Shown here: one piece after another, positions 25,376 to 29,429 of the stretch
Numbering within the stretch: position 1 is the stretch's first letter
How the letters are laid out: the number at the start of each line of letters is the position of its first letter
From: a virus
Lineage: Duplodnaviria; Caudoviricetes
Length of the DNA stretch: 29,429 nucleotides
Virus record (IMG/VR): IMGVR_UViG_3300006114_001327
Span: 1-29,429 of that record
Strand: one strand, 5' to 3'
Position numbers and translations under genes: made by a program
Notes under the pieces: generated by a model
What the model saw: the letters and a program-made list of their open reading frames with translations, nothing else
Told to the model about the DNA's origin: nothing
The model's database searches: none

Positions 25376-25585
25376 ATATATAGCAAAATAAAAGCAAAAA
25401 TTTTTTTGAATTGGAAAAAATAAAAACGTTGTGGTTAACATATTAGTAAACCTATGTGCTAATATGTGCTAATATCTTCTACAAACTTATAGAATATGAT
25501 GCTTATTAGAATATTAGTAATATTAGCTGTGACCGTGATATTTTTTGAAAAAAAATTCATTTTTCTTTTCCTATATATAAAAACC
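25376..25585. repeat. ~210 bp AT-rich element, copy B, with imperfect terminal inverted repeats
   Basis: Shares cgttgtggttaacatatta (25427-25445 = 3475-3493) and ttttcctatatataaaa (25566-25582 = 3609-3625) with copy A, in the same order and with similar spacing. Confidence 0.85.
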
Positions 25586-25612
25586 AAAAAAAGACCCCAC
25601 CGAAGTGGGGTC
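25586..25612 (-). terminator. Rho-independent terminator ending the virion gene run
   Basis: Minus strand GACCCCAC-TTCG-GTGGGGTC-TTTTTTT: perfect 8-bp stem with a cUUCGg loop. Confidence 0.92.
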
Positions 25613-25636
25613 AAGCGCTTCTCACGAATTGAAATC

Positions 25637-26914
25637 TTACCTGTTTAAATTTGTAATTGCTTCTTTTACATAAGGATAACCATATTTTGCTGCTTCATAA
25701 ATTAATGGCGGTGCTGAAAGTATGGCGCCTGCGCCTATTGTGTAAGGATTGGGGATTGCCATGAGAGCACCCCCGGCACCACCCATCATTCCCATAACTC
25801 CAGGAATAGTTTCACCTTTATTGAACCTCTGGGCTCCTTCGGCAAACTGTGCTGCTGAAAGACCTCCACCTAATATCCCTAAACCCGGTATTTTATTAAT
25901 ACCATAACCCAATTTTTTAAGTAAAGACATTTCTTCCGGTTTAAACATTTCCGTTTTTTCCACCGCTCTTCTAAGCACCTCTTCCGCTCTTTGTGCTTTG
26001 GTCATTGCCTTACTTTCTCCGGGAGTTACATGACCGGGAGCACTCATTTTTTCATGCTTTAATCTCCACTCCGCGGCTTTTCTCAAAGCATCATCATAGG
26101 CTTCTTGTAAAGACATTACTTTTTGCTCTGCTTCTATGTGTGCTGGGGATTTATAATTTAAATCTAAAGTGGTTGGCAATTCTAAACCAAGTCCTCTTCG
26201 GTTAGTTAAATTGCTTACCTGAAACTGACTTCTCATCCATTCCGGCATACTTTTTGTTTGCTGGTATAGTCTTGCTGATTCGGTGGAAGATTTTCCTGCT
26301 GGTGAAAGATCCCCAACTACTTTTTCTTGCCATCTAGTTCCGGACATACTTGGGTCATACTGTTTATTGATAGTTTCTGGTACGTATTGCTGAAGGTTTA
26401 ATTTTGCCTGTTCTAACTGTTTGCTTATGGTTTCTACCTGTTTATTGGCATTAAGCATTTCGTCCATTAAAGTATTAACATTTGCACTTTTTAGTGCTTG
26501 TTCTTTTGCTACTTTTTCTTGCTGAACATTAGCTTCACTTTCAGCTAATGCTGCATTTTTCTGTAAGTTTTCATATTTTTTCTGGGATACCTGTGAGGCT
26601 GGGGCTAATCTTCCCATTTTTGAACCTATAAATGCCCCAGGAATAGCGGCCACTATATCTTCAGGCAAAGTTGATTCTTCTGGTTTTTTAGATTCCGTAT
26701 CTTCATAACCTTTTAAAATGGTATTAGGGTTGATACCAAAAATAGGATCCAATTCTTCTATTTTTGGACCTTTATCTTCTTCCATTTGGTTAGCGCCACT
26801 ACTAGAAAAAATAGGGTCTAAACCAGTAATACTAGGTTCACTAATAGTTACCGAACCTTTAGGCTCAGGAGAACTACTGGTACCTCTAATTTCTATCGCT
26901 TCTGGAATAGGCAT
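25637..26914 (-). CDS. Putative internal virion / ejection protein
   Basis: 425 aa, coiled-coil centre, Gly/Ala-rich hydrophobic C-terminus; last gene before the terminator. Function inferred from composition and position. Confidence 0.55.
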   Translation of the reverse strand: MPIPEAIEIRGTSSSPEPKGSVTISEPSITGLDPIFSSSGANQMEEDKGPKIEELDPIFGINPNTILKGYEDTESKKPEESTLPEDIVAAIPGAFIGSKMGRLAPASQVSQKKYENLQKNAALAESEANVQQEKVAKEQALKSANVNTLMDEMLNANKQVETISKQLEQAKLNLQQYVPETINKQYDPSMSGTRWQEKVVGDLSPAGKSSTESARLYQQTKSMPEWMRSQFQVSNLTNRRGLGLELPTTLDLNYKSPAHIEAEQKVMSLQEAYDDALRKAAEWRLKHEKMSAPGHVTPGESKAMTKAQRAEEVLRRAVEKTEMFKPEEMSLLKKLGYGINKIPGLGILGGGLSAAQFAEGAQRFNKGETIPGVMGMMGGAGGALMAIPNPYTIGAGAILSAPPLIYEAAKYGYPYVKEAITNLNR

Positions 26915-28707
26915 TATTGTGCTCCTGGACTATATCTTTTGGTTAATTGATTATAGTAACTATTGTAATTTTGAAGAATACTTTGGTAAGGAGAATCGGT
27001 TCTAGTCCAAAAAAGAGAAGGTTTACTGCCTTCTGGAAGTTTATTGGTGTAGTCACTATAACCTTTATACATTTTTTCAGCAGTATCCATATTTAAAAAT
27101 TGATGCTGAGTCCAATATTTCAAGGACGCAGCCGTATCTGCTATACTTCCCATTGGCGCTTGGTATAGTCTTGCGTCATTATCGGTTGGATTAGTTCCTA
27201 ATAATTTACCCATTTTTTGAACATTGGCAAGGAACTGGCTTGCTAAAATTTGGGATGCTCTTCTTAGGTCCTGTCTATCCGTTTTACTTAAATCTTTCAT
27301 TTCAACAAATTTATCAACCGCCGGAATGGATATCTGAGTTCCGCCAGCCTGAACACCTTCTTTAACAGCCGACGCAGCAGCATTTAACCAACCTTGCTCC
27401 TGTAACAATCCAAAAATAGATTTTTGTCTTTTACCTTCTTTTACGTAATTCACATCTTTATTAATGATACTGTCTAGTTCTCTTAATTGATTTTTTGCCT
27501 CTCCCGTAAACTGCGGGTCCATGGCGACTAAAGCCGGTATTTTTCCAATTTTGGGATCATTATAAAGTTTGTCCTCAGCATTAATTCTTTCTTTGGTTAT
27601 TTCCGATCTTGCCGCTAAAGGCACATCAGAACCAAACCCTATGTTTCCGGTGCTTGCTACCTGTGTTACGGGCTCTTTAAAGTAAGGTGTCGGATCTAAA
27701 GGATTACCTTTGGCATCTTTCATACCAAACGCCAAATGAGGACCGGTGGATTTTCCGGTGGAACCTAATGTTCCAACAGGCGTGCCAGCTTCAATCTTGC
27801 TACCTTCTTTAACATTAATATCTTTTAAATGACCGTAAAAAGTAGACAAACCTTGGTCATTTTTAACTTCTACATAATTACCAAACCCTGGAACTTCTCC
27901 TGCTTTAACCACGGTTCCATTTATTAAAGAATTAATAGGGGTGCCAAGTTTTCCTCCAAAATCTAGGTGACTGTGCATTTCCATTTTATCTTTATTAAAA
28001 GGATCTGGTCTTTGACCAAAACCACTACTTAAAGTTAATCCAGGGGCAAGCATAGGCGTTAAATTAGAAGTTGTAGGTGCTGGTGCTGGTTCTTGCCCCG
28101 GCACGGTATAAGCGCCTTTAGGAACATATTTTAAAGCGCCTTCACCATACTTACCAATAATATCAGCAACTTTAACCCCTCTTTCTAAATCTCCCTGAAC
28201 TAATTTTGCTCTTTCTACGTCCATGGAATAGGCATTTTTCATGCTTTCCGCTAGTTTTGGACTCAAAACGGATAAAGCCATATAGTTTTCAGGCGTAATT
28301 TTAGAAAAAGCATCTGTCGGTAAATTACCAGTTGACACCATGTTAGCGGCAGTTTTGGGATCGGTTCCAAATATATTGCCGAGCATCCGTAGAGCTTTTG
28401 CTTGGTTACCTAGTTCGTATTCTTGTCCGGCAAGCTGAGCTCTCATCATAGCAATAGAAGGTGCCTGTTGCTCTTGTTGCTCTTGCTGTCTTCCTAATTC
28501 AGTAGCAGACCTTCCTATGGCTTCTCCAACATTACCAGTTTTTCCTGGGTCAAGTAACTGTCCTGCTACACTGAACCAGTTGGGCTGATTTCTTTTTTCT
28601 AAAGAAGAAACCACATCATTAATAGCCGTTAAATATTTTTGACGATATTCATCATCTCCACCAAGCATAGGAGTTGGGGGTAAAGTTGTTCCGGTTGGAA
28701 GTGCCAT
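26914..28707 (-). CDS. Putative internal virion protein with an M23 (LytM) peptidase-like domain
   Basis: SSGFGQR..PF, HSHLD (HxxxD), GFGNYV, FYGHL, GSTGKSTGPHLAF and DPTPYF, embedded in a helical protein. Confidence 0.8.
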   Translation of the reverse strand: MALPTGTTLPPTPMLGGDDEYRQKYLTAINDVVSSLEKRNQPNWFSVAGQLLDPGKTGNVGEAIGRSATELGRQQEQQEQQAPSIAMMRAQLAGQEYELGNQAKALRMLGNIFGTDPKTAANMVSTGNLPTDAFSKITPENYMALSVLSPKLAESMKNAYSMDVERAKLVQGDLERGVKVADIIGKYGEGALKYVPKGAYTVPGQEPAPAPTTSNLTPMLAPGLTLSSGFGQRPDPFNKDKMEMHSHLDFGGKLGTPINSLINGTVVKAGEVPGFGNYVEVKNDQGLSTFYGHLKDINVKEGSKIEAGTPVGTLGSTGKSTGPHLAFGMKDAKGNPLDPTPYFKEPVTQVASTGNIGFGSDVPLAARSEITKERINAEDKLYNDPKIGKIPALVAMDPQFTGEAKNQLRELDSIINKDVNYVKEGKRQKSIFGLLQEQGWLNAAASAVKEGVQAGGTQISIPAVDKFVEMKDLSKTDRQDLRRASQILASQFLANVQKMGKLLGTNPTDNDARLYQAPMGSIADTAASLKYWTQHQFLNMDTAEKMYKGYSDYTNKLPEGSKPSLFWTRTDSPYQSILQNYNSYYNQLTKRYSPGAQ

Positions 28708-28718
28708 GATTTATTCCT

Positions 28719-29429
28719 TTAAGTTCCAGTATTGACCACACCAGGTACTACTTGTCCTGATTGTACAGCATTTTGTTGGTCTAGTGTACCTGTATTACCA
28801 TATGCATTTTGAGCATTTGTAGCCAATAAATTACCAAATTGATCGACTGCTTGACCTGATGAATTATATTCAATAGGCGCGGTTGTAGCAGAAGAACCAG
28901 AACCAGAACCAGAACCAGGAAAAAAACCGGCTAAACCGGTGCCTTGACTATAGCTTCCTAATAGTGAACTTAATCCAGATCCAACTAACCCACTTGACCC
29001 AGGTGATGTACCGGTTGCTGGTGTTCCGAACAATGTAGCGCCTAGCGGTGTATTACTAATACCAGCACCAAGAGCTCCTAAGCCTGCTATCTGCTGTAAA
29101 GGTGATGCGGCATAAGCGCCAGGAATTGGACCAGTATAGGATGAGCTTGTACTAGTTGGCATGGTATAGCCACGTAAGAGAGCAGACTCATTGGTTAATT
29201 GCTGCATAGGGAATAACTGTTGATTCTGTGCAATGGTTTGTTGCTGACCGCCGAGTGTAGCAAGTGCATTGACGTCGCCTAAGCCTAAAGCCTGCTGTTG
29301 GCTTGCTAGATTTCCTAACTGTCCAGATGCTGCTACTTTGTTGGCATAGTCTTGCTGTAATGCTTGCTGTTGCTGAGCAGTGATGCCTAACTCAGCATTT
29401 GATATCACATCACCTAAAGCAGTTGCACC
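28719..29429 (-). CDS. Putative internal virion / DNA-pilot-like protein, truncated at the right edge
   Basis: Gln/Ala/Gly/Ser-rich; the frame stays open beyond the ORF-track start (29408) to the window edge. Confidence 0.6.
   Translation of the reverse strand, partial: GATALGDVISNAELGITAQQQQALQQDYANKVAASGQLGNLASQQQALGLGDVNALATLGGQQQTIAQNQQLFPMQQLTNESALLRGYTMPTSTSSSYTGPIPGAYAASPLQQIAGLGALGAGISNTPLGATLFGTPATGTSPGSSGLVGSGLSSLLGSYSQGTGLAGFFPGSGSGSGSSATTAPIEYNSSGQAVDQFGNLLATNAQNAYGNTGTLDQQNAVQSGQVVPGVVNTGT

Noticed and set aside
261-27005. Plus-strand ORFs in the track (261, 2655, 6063, 7756, 10397, 12116, 15208, 18033, 22715, 24217, 25993, 26718)
   Set aside because: All are antisense to well-supported minus-strand genes and show no recognisable motifs.
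28890-28918. AGAACC hexamer tandem repeat as a contingency locus
   Set aside because: Encodes an in-frame Gly-Ser linker in a low-complexity protein; unit changes would not shift the frame.

Overview
Fragment of an AT-rich tailed dsDNA phage genome, with every credible gene on the minus strand. In transcription order (right to left): (1) three putative internal-virion/ejection proteins, one with an M23 domain; (2) a strong terminator; (3) a replication module (SNF2 helicase, SSB-like protein, primase, UvrD helicase); (4) a DUF932 gene; (5) a complete 7-deazaguanine DNA-modification cluster (GNAT acetyltransferase, queE, queD, queC, folE, queF, dpdA-like transglycosylase) coupled to a beta-clamp-like gene and a family A DNA polymerase; (6) small accessory genes including a purine phosphoribosyltransferase; (7) a ~3.2 kb array of small modular genes joined by a repeated junction sequence; (8) a PD-(D/E)xK nuclease, terS, terL and a large truncated ORF. 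Main leads: the canonical QueF predicts dPreQ1 in DNA and the cluster-leading GNAT could make an N-acetyl-preQ1 base; DpdA ends in a clamp-binding-like motif (QDSLF) next to a phage clamp gene; the small-gene array has a nucleotide-level junction repeat read in all three frames and lacks GATC/CCGG; and two diverged copies of a ~210 bp element with terminal inverted repeats bracket the non-structural region. All calls come from motif recognition by eye; no database search was run.
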